A stretch of 64,000 bases of DNA, from the NCBI GenBank assembly GCA_951804945.1, contig OX638151.1, positions 80,476,001 to 80,540,000 on the forward strand, given 5' to 3'. The notes under the pieces were generated by a model, which was not told the DNA's origin, made no database searches, and saw only the letters and a list, made by a program, of their open reading frames with translations. This document shows positions 39,996 through 52,104 of the stretch, one piece after another (position 1 is the stretch's first letter; each line of letters begins with the position of its first letter). Position numbers and translations under genes: made by a program. The stretch comes from Podarcis cretensis (lineage: Eukaryota).

Positions 39996-42461
39996 GCCTA
40001 AATGTATGATTCTGTGATAATATAAGATTAGACATACAATAACAGAAATGTATGCACACAATGACCCATAAAGAACATGGCATTTCAAATCCCCATAGCA
40101 CTGCACTCTGACAATGGAATAATACTGGAAGTCCAATAGATCAAATTTAGAGGGGACAATGTTTAACTGAGCCATATCATCTGCTCACCTTCCTAGAAAC
40201 ACAGACATTTACTCCAAATAATCTATGAGATCAAAAAACAATGAAAATGGTAAAATAGGGACCATTTGCTTTCTAATTAAATTGTTACAAAGTATGTTGT
40301 CACAATTCAGTTAGGAGCAGAGAAATAATTAATAGCTTTTAACTAGATTCTGGGAGCAGGCTAATTATCACCACAGCTTCCAGGCTGGGAATGAATTGGA
40401 TTTACACCATATTAACATGGGTGTCATTCTGTTTACTTCACTGGTTTCTGATTTACACTGCTGCTTCCAGTGGTATAGATGGATAATTTGAAACAAATTA
40501 ATTTCTTTATGGGCCAGTGTTTTGCAGAGCAAAATGTGCAGTGTTAATAGGAGAGAATCCAAGCCTTGAGATTTCATATTTCCCATAAACCATATTTTTT
40601 AATATAAAGTTCAAGCATCATTATCATCTCAGTCTCTTTATAGCAAAATAAAACCCCAAGGTGCTGTACAATATTTTTTTTTTTAATCACACATGCTCTG
40701 ACCTCATGTTTCCCTACTAAAATAAAAAGGCCACGTCAGCTATGGATATAGAATTTTGCCTGAGATTTGGGTCAAGCGTTGCTAACGGCTCTATTACTGG
40801 CTAGACCAGCATCAATTGGAGTAGTCAAGCAGTTCAACCAACCAGGGCTATGCTAGGCCTTTGTTTGTCTGCTTCGAGGCCTTTAGCGCCCTGAGTAAGC
40901 ACTGCATTTTCATAATGGTCGCACAACTTGCTGGGAGGGGGGGGGGACACACTGGTTCTAGGCTGGGTCCAGATTGGCTCTGATCCAGTTGGAGTCATGG
41001 CTGCAGTCTTGATTTTGGTTGTAGTGGAAGTCTACTCCATCCCTAATATCTGCTTGTGTTTTGCAAACATTAGGCTGGTATCTTAGGGACAACATCGGTT
41101 TCTTCCTCTGTGAGGCTGTTTTGGTGGCTTTCATGGTGACCATCTCATCTGTCTGAAGGAAGGCTGATTCATGGTTTCAGAGTGTTAAGCACTGGCTAAA
41201 CTGCCTTAGCAAAGTATTTTTTGTGGGCCCAGCCAAGCACAAAGAATATGAAAGAGCTTAGGGGAGAAGGGAAATATCAGCCTGAAAGAAAAAGAAGTGG
41301 AAAACCCATGTGTTGGAGATGGAGTGGCCTTAGACTCACTACTGTCTGGGGTAGAGGGGGAATGCTGTTTGAGGAAAAAGTGTAATTTTTGTTAGGAAAA
41401 TAGCTAGGCAAAAGGCTAGTTTAGAAAATAATTGTTTTAGTTTTTTTATTTTTGTGGTTGAGTTTTGAAAAATGAACTGTGGCAAAGTTTCCCCCAAAAG
41501 AAAAAAATTGTACCGGTGAGTTAAGACTAACAATTACCCACATGCTTTACATATAACATATTAAAAAGGCAGGTTTTCAGTTATACTGATAAGTAGGGAA
41601 GCCGAGAGGTGAGTACAGAAGTACTGATGCACCAGGCCCAGCCCAGCAATGGGGTGGGGTGGGGCAGACTGTGATATTTCTTTCTTCTCTTTAAAAGATG
41701 GATTTTCTAGCCCCACTAAAAAGAAAGGTATGAAGCAAAATGTGCATTTACCCTTATAAGTGATTTCTGTGAAACGAGGTGGTCGAGCTGCTCCCACCTT
41801 CCAATGTTTTTATCCAATGAATGAAGTCAGAGCTGTGATGGACAAATGACTCCGTTAGAACAACATTAACGTAGATTGGTTTGGACAACCAATGATGAGT
41901 TGATATTGAGGCATCTAATCATAGCCTGCATTTTTATTAAGGCTTGATCAGGGCCTGTATTTTAAAATGAGCTTAAAGATTTTCAAATGTTCATGCTAGG
42001 CAGAAGACCAGCTGCCTAAGAACCTTGGCAAGATGTTTATTCTCCTGAACAAGGGGCCCCCCTGATTTATAGCAGAAAACAATTCTCAAAGTCAAAGGGA
42101 ACTACAGGCTGACAGCCAAGGTTATACTGACCCTACATATTACAGAAGATAAAAAAAGAGATAAACATAATTAAGAGTTGATAAATAGTAAAATAAAACC
42201 ATGTGCCTCCCATTAAACTTGAGCCATATTTTCCTAAGGTTGAAAGGTCAAGAGCAGTGAAAAAGGCAACTGGCTGGCAGAAAGGAAGAGAGTATTTTGG
42301 GAAGTCTTTTTCTAAAGTTGTTTCTTTCTTAAACTGAGATCCTTTTAAGATTTCTTTTCCTTTTAAAAAAGCTATCTATGTTATGTATTAAATATATTGG
42401 CTTAAATGTAATTATGCAAAGGAATTAGAAACTAAGAAATGTTAAATCCTTATGCTAGATT

Positions 42462-42600
42462 CTTATTTCATATAGTTGGAAGAGATCACAGGGGCCATCA
42501 GCCACCAGCCCAGCCCCCCTTGCCAAGCAGGAAACATCATTAGAGCACACATATGGTTGTCAGGCCTTTGTTTAAAGACCTTCAAGAGAAGGAGATCTTT
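42462..42600 (-). mobile_element. CR1 3' end fragment
   Basis: gttggaagagatcacaggggccatc...ttgccaagcaggaaacatca is the reverse complement of the CR1 3' UTR at 33310-33375. Confidence 0.75.
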
Positions 42601-42712
42601 CAATAATGATGTGAACTCAAGATCCTTGACATCTGTTTAAGATAAAAATTTAAGATTAAACCATTTGTTTTGGAGGGCAATAGGGCGAGGTGAGCTGGTA
42701 ATTAAGGTTCCT

Positions 42713-43070
42713 TGTTGAGACACATGTAAGATATATTACTACTTATTTGTCATTTATAGATAGAAGAATATATAGCTTTTTGTTTCCCAAAAAAGGGCAA
42801 GAAGAAATGGGTGTATCTTTTGTGATTGGTTCTAGCAAACAGCCAATAGGAATTTCAACCAGGCTGATTGGACAGAGGCAGCCACAGGAGGAGCAAGGGG
42901 GCTGGATTAAGGAAATATAAGTGCTGGCCATAACGGCAGGAGGCCAGGCCAGAGCTTGGTAACCATATACCACTGTGCCTCATATTTATTTGTCCGACAA
43001 ATAAATTATTATTTTAATTTCTCTATTGCTGCGTTGAATATTTCATTCCAGCTAAGCGTTAACCACAAGC
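42713..43070 (+). promoter_or_regulatory. LTR-like cassette: three CCAAT boxes, TATA and a downstream AATAAA (possible solo LTR)
   Basis: ATTGG 42825-42829, CCAAT 42843-42847, ATTGG 42867-42871, TATAA 42916-42920, AATAAA 43000-43005. Termini and TSD are not resolved. Confidence 0.45.
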
Positions 43071-46000
43071 AGGGTGCTACAATATTAAAATGTGAAGCAG
43101 CATGTGCTCAGAGTGCTTGTTGTTGTTGCTTATTGAGGTTGGAAGTCCAGCTTTTGTTTTTTGTTTTGCTGTAAAGTATTAGGAGTCAATGTCTTAATTA
43201 ATCAGCTTAGATGCCCACCTTGTCCCTGGCCTTACATAAGCATATTAGAACAGAACATACATTGCATGCGAAACTGGGAAGTCCAAGGAATATTGCAGCA
43301 GGTCTATTCTTTTGGAGAATACCCAGAATGCTGCAATTGCCTAAAATTCCCTAATTCCCTAAAAGATTTTGAAAAAGCATAGACTTGCATTGAATAAATC
43401 AAAATTTTCAAGAGTTAGGTGGAATTCAGAGGTGTATCTATCAACCTCTCCAACAACAAATGTGCTTCAGGTAAAAGGGTTTCATAGCCTGCTTGTATCA
43501 GCCTAGCTACTGTTAGAAATAGAATGCTGGTCTAGACAGACTCTGGGTCTGATCCAATAGGGCAGAGCTTATGAAGTAAATAGCTTCAGACTGGCTTCTC
43601 AAAACCTAGAATAATGCCCCATGACAAAGTTGCCTTTAAATTCTCTGTAAGAAATGACAACAAAGGACTAAACCCACCTTACTTTCGGATCATTTAATGG
43701 TTTCATTGAGCATTTGTCTCAAAAATGACACAGACGATCTGTGCTTTGAATTATCCAGACGAGTGATGTCTTTTTGGCTTAAGCAAGGAGCAGTAGATAC
43801 TGTACGTAAGAGTTGTACCATTTGCCGCCAGCTAAGCGTGAGCCAATTTCTACCTCTTTTAGGTAGATCATAAATCGCTATGAATTCAACAGCCTTATTT
43901 GTCTTTGTATGCCACGCTGTATGGCAGGCTGTCGCTTGCCACTGTGAGCTACATCATTTTTATAAGGAAAATCCCTGCAGATTCATATGGATTTCTAAAA
44001 TGACCAGGTGTATCCATCATCAAAACCCATATTTAACTGGAGTGCTGAATAGTTCATCTGCTTTTTGATGATAGATGATTTTTAATTATATGTCGTACCA
44101 CAGCCTTGTGTCAGTTTGCAATCATTCTTCTTTTATTTAAGGCCACTGTATCTCTTCTATTCATGTAATATAACTAAGAACTGATAGGGGAAAATGCTTT
44201 ATATTAACTGTGATTATAAGGGTGCTTTAATATAGAATAATCTGCTAGAAAAACACTACTGGGCATCAGACTTACATATGCTAAAAGGATTTAGACATGC
44301 ATGGTCAGGCTGAATTCAGAGGGCGCACTAGTCACAAGATTTGACTTCCATCTGTAAATGGAGGTTTGGAAAGCAGCTCAGTCTGTTTCAGAGCTGCTCA
44401 ATGTCTTCCCTATTTTATTCTCTGTTCATCATTTGATCTGTTAAAATGGAAACTTTATTTTCTCCAAGTTCACTATACTCTAATGGGGAATCTAAAAATG
44501 GCCACAACTTTCCTTTTCACAGAAGTGGACAGACTTGGATAAAATTTGCAGGCTTGGTCACCCCTTTGAAGGAGAAGATGGGACTATAAATTAAGATTTC
44601 CAAAACACATTAGTGAGATGCCCTGTATATGTGATATGTCTTTATTCAAGACATGGCACTTGGTTTCATCTTTTGAACTTCAAGAAAAGCTCCCTTAACC
44701 ATTTGTTCTGTATGGTTTCCAACTAGTGTGTCTCAACTCAAGCCAATGTATCCCACAAGCTAGAAATAACTGCTTTTAGAATAATTGACACCTATTAATA
44801 CACTCCCTCCCCGCCCCGCCCCCAAATCTTCTGAGCTTCAAAGGAGAAGAGTGACATACTGATTTTCTAAGCATCATAACATGTTGCCAAATTCCATTCC
44901 TCCTCTATGGGGGGGGGGTGTACTTGCCATATCCTCCTCCCCTGAAAGAAGATGAGAATTGCTTTCTCCCACAGGGAGTGATGTGGCTTGTCAAATGGGA
45001 CATGTCTGATTGAGCAAATGGGTTCAGTTTGGTTGATCTGCAGATCCTCTACTTTGTTATATATATATATTTAAATAGCATCTTTTAAACCCACAAAACA
45101 TGTCTTCTTTCTGGTGTTATGACAAATTAATGCTCTAGAGTGGTTTACATGGAGCATTGCTAAAGTAGAATAATTTGAATCTTGTGTGTTATCAGAGACA
45201 CCTTAATGATGATGCACACAAGTTGCGTTTGCAAGCACTTTATTTTGAGAATCAACATTTAAATTGCTAAAACGGTGTAAATTGTTCTTAGTTTAAATAT
45301 TAATCACAGCTAAAATGAGAAAACAGCACACAAATATAGAAGCCTAACCAACATAAGTGCAGACCAAACTTAAACGGGGGGGGGGGAGGGGGGAGATTTA
45401 AAAACAACACAAAAGCGTTAGTTTCTAAATAAGCATTTAAACATTCTTATCCTCTGGCACAATAACTGTGTGTGGACCTTTGATTCATCTCTATTTGGGA
45501 ACAATTTGCAACTCAGAATTTAATCCTTTTAAGAAGTTATTTGTTTCTATACTTATTCAGCGTTTTTGTTTTTGTTTTTACATTTACAGGAACGATTTTA
45601 CTCTAGGTCAGTTTGAATGTATTTTGCTTTAGGTCAGCCTGAAGTACAAATAGCTTCTTAAGATTACCCTGTCAACTATTATTTATTTTATGTGTGTATG
45701 TACTGTAGGTTTGTTTTCTTCATTATTGTTTATAGCATCCTTTCAGATGCTCTAAAACAAAATGTTGCTGCTTCAGATTTGATATTTTTTCAATTTACTG
45801 TAACAGACTGCTAACCTCCCCTGCCTTCCTCTACTCTTTACTGTAAGAGCAGAAACATCTTTGGCTGGGCAGCTTTAAAGAGAGCCTGGGGGAAGATTCA
45901 TTCATTTATTTAATGCTTTAACAGCTTGATTGTTATGCCAGCACATAAACGTTTGGTGGGGAGGAGGAAGGGATGCTAACAGCTATGGCGGTGCAGCATC

Positions 46001-46179
46001 CACCAAAGATGATGCTGTGATAGCATTTTGGCAAGATTTATGCCAGCACTGCAGCTAGATACGTCAACACAAATGTTTCCGATCAGGATGCAAACCTAGT
46101 TTGGAATTAGAGTTGCAGGATAGCGATTTCTCAGAGAAGAGAGTGCAGGCTTTCAAGTGTCTTAGCAAATCCTTCTGTA

Positions 46180-46564
46180 AAGGTAAAGGACCCCTGACAG
46201 TTAAGTCCAGTTGCAGATGACTCTGGGGTTGCGGCACTCATCTCACTTTACAGCCCGAGGGAGCTGGTGTTTGACTGCTCCGCAGACAGTTTTTCCAGGT
46301 CATGTGGCCAGCATGAAAAAGCCACTTCTGGCACAACAGAACACCGAAACCAGAGCAGCGCATGGAAACGCTGTTTACCTTCTCGCCGGAGCAGTACCTA
46401 TCTATCTACTTGCACTTTGATGTGCTTTCGAACTGCTAGGTTGACAGGAGCTGGGACCGAGCAACGGGAGTTCACTCCGTTGCGGGGATTTGAACCCCCG
46501 ACCTTCTGATCGGCAAGCCCAAGAGGCTCAGTGATTTAGACCACAGCACCACCCGCGTCTCCTC
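46180..46564 (-). mobile_element. Sauria SINE, full length, older subfamily
   Basis: Homologous to 27972-28335, with the tail CCTTTACCTTT on the minus strand. Perfect 14-bp TSD CAAATCCTTCTGTA at 46166-46179 and 46565-46578. Confidence 0.92.
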
Positions 46565-47375
46565 CAAATCCTTCTGTACCAGGGCACAAAACTAAATCAT
46601 TAACGCAGGCTTCTTGTGGGTGTCACAGATTTTTGGAAAACATCATGATTGCATTTAAGCAGCTTTCTACAAAGATGTTGACATTTCTGGGTTTATCAGA
46701 AATGAGGCAAATTTAGGTCACACTACCTGTTTGTTAAATATGTAGTATGCTGTTTTATGCACCTGTGGTTTTCTTACCGGGGTGGGGCTGCCATTCTAAT
46801 CATTCTGGGTTGGGAAGAGATAAGCCTCTTCTCCCCACATGCTGCCTTCCTGGTCAGGATCTTGCACTCTCACACACAGTGCTTAGCAAAAATCTGGTTT
46901 GATCTTAAGTACACTAAAGATTTTAACTATTGTTTGGATAACCCATATTATCTTCTCTTCATAATGAAAATGGTGTCTTCTCTATGTATAGGATCCAATA
47001 GCAATAAAGACCTTCAGCCTCTGGGCCATGGGCCTAAAATTCCTGCTAGGCCTCCTCATTTGACCCTCCAGGCCATTTTGGCCTAGTCCCACCCATCTGA
47101 CGTCATCTATTATGTCAAGTGTTGAGGGGAGGTAAAACAGGCTTGGGCCAAAGGAGAGGGTATAGGTTGTGCAGCTGATCACTGGGTTTGTGAAGCACTG
47201 AGCTTGTGATTTCACAAGTGCTGACAAGCTTGTAAAGCCCTGTGCATGGTGTAGGGCTATGTCTTTGATTTATTACTGCACAGGCAAAAATGGGTCAGCA
47301 GATCTCATTAGAACATATGATATGCTTAATGGTTGAAGACAGGAGGATATGGAGTTATATATGTGTGTATGTGTT

Positions 47376-47470
47376 TATATATGGCATGTACAACCAGTCT
47401 ATATATATATATGAATGATAGAGAGACTGGTTGTACATGCCATATATATCTGAGACTAGTTGTACATGCC
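47376..47470. repeat. Perfect 25-bp inverted repeat plus a direct duplicate of one arm
   Basis: TATATATGGCATGTACAACCAGTCT (47376-47400) and its reverse complement (47424-47448). The arm is repeated at 47452-47470 with one mismatch. Confidence 0.9.
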
Positions 47471-49881
47471 TATGCAAACATTCTGGATTTTACAGTCAAT
47501 TCCCTTTGTTATACCTCCAACCCAGATGCTAAATGGTAAGAGGAACATAGAATACATGTCAGTATATGATTGTGGATTTGCAAAATAGTTGTTGTTTTCC
47601 CCATGCTTTCTCTACTAGTACTTTTGGACAAGAAGAAACTAGAACCAGATTTATGGATGCTGCTGTCAAGCTTGCCTGTAGTCTATAAAGCTTCTGAGAA
47701 CATTGATGGCAAGTCAATGTGGAGGAGATATGAAGCTTTTGCTTCCACTGTCAGTCAAGTGCAGCTTTTCGCTATGTCCAAGTCAGGACAAATTGTACAC
47801 AGCTTTAACTATGGCTTGTCCAAACAAATCAACATAAAACCATGTTTTATGATCCTGCCTCATTCAGATAAACCACAGTTAAAACTGAACACAATTTCCA
47901 GTTTAGACAAGATTATAAATTGTAGTTTATTTAAAATAGAAGTGGATAATAAGTTCTGATCTCATCCTCACGGCTATTCAAGAGGAAGAAAAGGGAAGAA
48001 AACCCAGTACTAACTATGGTTCAGCATTACTTCTGAACAAGGAAGTCTGGAAGTCTGTCATCTTTTTGAGGAGTGGCAGCTGAGGATGAGAAGAAATTAT
48101 ATAAATTGTCAGTGAGTTCTTTATGGAAAGGGATTCTTAGGTCTAAGTTTTGTTCTTGTACAAGTTTTCTATGAACCAGAACCTAATTACTTTCCAAACA
48201 AAATGGGGGGAGGGGGCAAGATTCCTATCTAGACTTCATACCAGAACTTTTATTAAGTCTTCAAAACAATAAGAAAAGAAAGGAAAAACAAAGGAAGGAA
48301 AATAAAAGGCACCTTACTTTGAGAAACAATTAGACATTTTAAAACAAAAAGCTTCACTGGTGTGGACAAGAGGTCAAAACAGGAGGCAGGCTGCTTTATC
48401 TGCCCCAGTCTGAAATGCAGTATTCATTAGTTATCAAAATCCCTTTCGATTGCTTAGATCAAGTATGGTTTAAAAGTGGTCTTTCAAGTGCATTTGAATC
48501 CCTGCAGGTTTTACCTTTACTATGATGTTTTATTTAAAAAAGAGACAGAGAAACTTTGCTTTTATATTTCTGTTGCATTTAATCATTTTATTTAGAAAAG
48601 GAAAGGCAAGGAAAATGGTCTTGACAAAGCAGGCATATAGAACACCTGTATAACTTCCACATTAGAGGCAATATGGGTTGCATGTTGTTTAAAGCGGTAA
48701 TAGCCTCTCACTGTGATCCTTAGCAGGTAATGATTCACTTGTGCAACAACCCCTGATAGCAAAATGTAAAGGTAAAATTAGAATCGAAGGGTGCTGGGAT
48801 CTGACATCCCATTGGAGTCTGATCCTAAGCAAATCTGCTCATAGGTAACCTCACCGAGCTTACTAAAATGTGTTTCCTAGTAACTATGCTTTAACATCAC
48901 AGCCTACAGCATGTAACTTTACACTTAGTTGCAATCCTATGTACACTTGGTAGTATGCCTAATTGTACTTAACTGAATATACTTCTGAATATAGATGCAT
49001 AGGACTGCACTGTTAGATTTTATTGTACTTTGGTTTACACATGTGGGTTCAAGACTTTGGAAATTACACTCTGAGGAGCATGAAAGTTTATGCCAGTAGA
49101 TGCACTGTGCCTTTTTGTTCATCTTTTTCCTAGGAAGTCTAACTTCATCTTTCTACCATGCAGAATATTTTTATACCACAATCACCAAACTCTTGCCTGC
49201 CCACCACCACCATAAGCAAACAAACATCTATGATAATCTGGGCCAAAATTCCCATTAAATATGTGCATGCAGGAAAGTGCTTAAAATTACTTTGAAGAGT
49301 TTTCCTATGGAGTGTGCTTTGATAGAAGATATAGCACGTTCAGGTTCCTTTCTTAGATCTGACAGACACATTTATTTACTGTGAATGATGCTTTTAAAAC
49401 TGCAAGCTAGATTGCTCAGTATTATAGGGAACAGCATTCTGTGGCACAACCAAGCATAAAGAAAACAAATATTATGAAAGTAAAAAGCTGCCCAGCGCAG
49501 CATTGCACAGCTAGCCTAAAGAGGACAAATAGTTTTTTTGGAATATTGGAAGACTTTGGAAACAAAGGAAAATCAGTCCAACCATCCAATTCTTTTACTT
49601 TTGGTGTAAAAAATTTAAACACTGGGAGGTTATTCTGCTAAATCTGTTGGGATGAGATGTTATTCATCCGTATTGATCACAACATTTCAATTTTAACACT
49701 GGTATTATTTTCTACATGACTTTTAAAATTGACTCTCAACTAGTGGTTAGAGAGCTGAGAGATGCGGTATTTTATCTAAACACACTATCAAATTTTGATA
49801 TTGCTTGGGTGGAATATCTTCTGAAAGCTACAGCAACAACCCTACCATGGCCTGAATTATTCATAGTGTCAGTGGTTATGC

Positions 49882-50166
49882 CAGGGGTGGCAACCACACT
49901 GAATGCGGCCCTCATGTCTGTCTCTGGCCCCCAGAAGCTTCCCCAGGCTGCACATCCTCCAGTGACACCTCTCATCGTGCCTTCCTTGCACATTTTTCCC
50001 TGGCTGGAATGTGTCCTTGACTTCTGGTGTCTCTTTTTTGTCTTAAGAAACAGGGGTGTGTAGGTAAAGAAAAATCCTAATGTACAAAGGTAAAAACTAT
50101 ATACATTGCTCCACCCCAGAAAGTGGTCCAGAAGGAATTACCACTGAAAAAGATTCCCTACCCCTG
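49882..50166. mobile_element. Degraded hAT non-autonomous element
   Basis: CAGGGGTGG...CCTACCCCTG termini and a tgcggccc subterminal motif. The TSD is not conserved. Confidence 0.5.
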
Positions 50167-51616
50167 GACTATACCTTCTGACTTTTTAAAACACAGGCTA
50201 TTTCAGATTACCATAAAGGACCACACATCCTGTGGACTTAACCCCTTGACTTAACTCACAATGAAAATAAAGCCTAGAAGTCTAGAACTGAACTTTTTCA
50301 GTTGTGCAGTCATTCATATATCTGCAAACTTTTCCTTGTGAAACCAAAGTATTTGGATTATTCAGTTCTTTTCTTTTTTTCTCCAGTGATTTTAGCTCTC
50401 ATTCCATGACTGTATCAATAAGGTTTTGAAAGGAATTTGATGTTCTATCCATTGGGAATAAACCATGGTTGAGAAATGCAGTGGGGAAAGACCCAGTGGA
50501 GGAAACAGAAAGAGTTAAAATTCATTTAAGGGATTTTTTTGTTTTGTTTCTTTTGCCGCAAAGCCTGGGATGAAAACGGAATAATGTTGACATCTCAAAT
50601 GCACCAAGACCATTGAAACATCTGAAACCAGAAAACAGAGGTAGAACGCAACCACAGTAAAGGTTTATGTTTCACAATTGTTTCTTGAAGTCTCTGCTGA
50701 CTTTGCTCACTACATTCCTGTGTTCTTGGTGATTTTCTCCCCCATTATAGATTTTTTAAAGGAAGTTTATTCCCCCAGGCCATGGATTCTGAATACTGTT
50801 TCCTTATGAATCTGGCCTGCTTCTACAGTGCAGCCTCAGACTCCGGATGGGAATAACATTTAACACCCATTACTTTTAATATACCGATGAGTTCATACCA
50901 GCAGGAAATTTGCACAACTTCTGGAATACCTTTACTCAAATTCAACTACTAGTGAAGGAATGTTTATGGATGTGGTTTCTCAACTGTGAAAACTGCACTG
51001 GACCCCGGAAATAAAAATCAAAGACCATGCTCTGTGCCAGAGTATAAATTTGTCCTACTGTTTCCAAACCCTAGTTACATCCAAATGAATAACAATTAAA
51101 CAGGAAATACTGAATGTACTGCATATTCTGTAAGGCACATTAGGCTATAGTCATCTGGCTTTCCCCTCCCAACCCCTTTTCCTTTTGTGCTGTCCCATCT
51201 AGATTTTACACTTAAGGACAAAGTGTGTATTCATTACAGATATTTTTAAGTTGCTCTGAAACCCTCTTTTTTGGGGGGGGGCTGAACAGTGGGATAAAAA
51301 TACTTTAAATAAATAACTACAGTGGTACCTTGGGTTACATACGCTTCAGGTTACATACACTTCAGGTTACAGACTTCGCTAACCCAGAAATAGTACCTCA
51401 GGTTAAGAACTTTGCTTCAGGATGAGAACAGAAATTGTGCAGCGGCAGCGCGGCGGCAGCAGGAGGCCCCATTAGCTAAAGTGGTGCTTCAGGTTAAGAA
51501 CAGTTTCAGGTTAAGAACAGACCTCCGGAACGAATTAAGTACTTAACCCGAGGTTGTTGTTGTTTAGTCGTGACCCCATGGACCAGAGCATGCCACGCAC
51601 TTGTGTCTTCCACTGC

Positions 51617-52051
51617 TGTCAGGGAACTGCCATCGGAGCCAGAGGGAGAGGGAGGGCTCCAGAGGGATTACGGAGAGCGTCCTAGGAGGGAGAGAAGCAG
51701 CCCATCTTTTGGGGAAGGAAATCAGCGTAGCACCAGTGGAGAAGGGGGGCAGATGGGGGAATCAGCAATGTGGCTCCATGACTCCTCGCCGGAGACCAGT
51801 GGGGAGAGCACGGGTCCTCTGCTGCCCACACCCTCCCTGCGCAGAAGGCTTCCACACAGGGAGAGTAGGCGGAGACTAGGCGTCAAAGAGCTTCTTTGCT
51901 GGAAGAAGTTCAAGAAACGCCCACTGACGGATTCTGCCAGCGACTGAGACAGCCACGGGTGAGTGGCTGTCCGGACAGAATAGGGTTCACCGAGGTAACT
52001 CAGCCAGGTGTGGCGATGACTTATGCACGAGCAACCCCTAGAACTATTACA
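51617..52051 (+). repeat. 5' LTR (435 bp)
   Basis: Begins TGTCAGGG immediately after the TSD. Its last 70 bp (51982-52051, ending ATTACA) align with 54411-54480. Confidence 0.9.
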
Positions 52052-52104
52052 GCAATCCGTCAGTCCCTTACGTTGCTTGTGCGCAGCCCCAGAGAGGCAG
52101 CACG

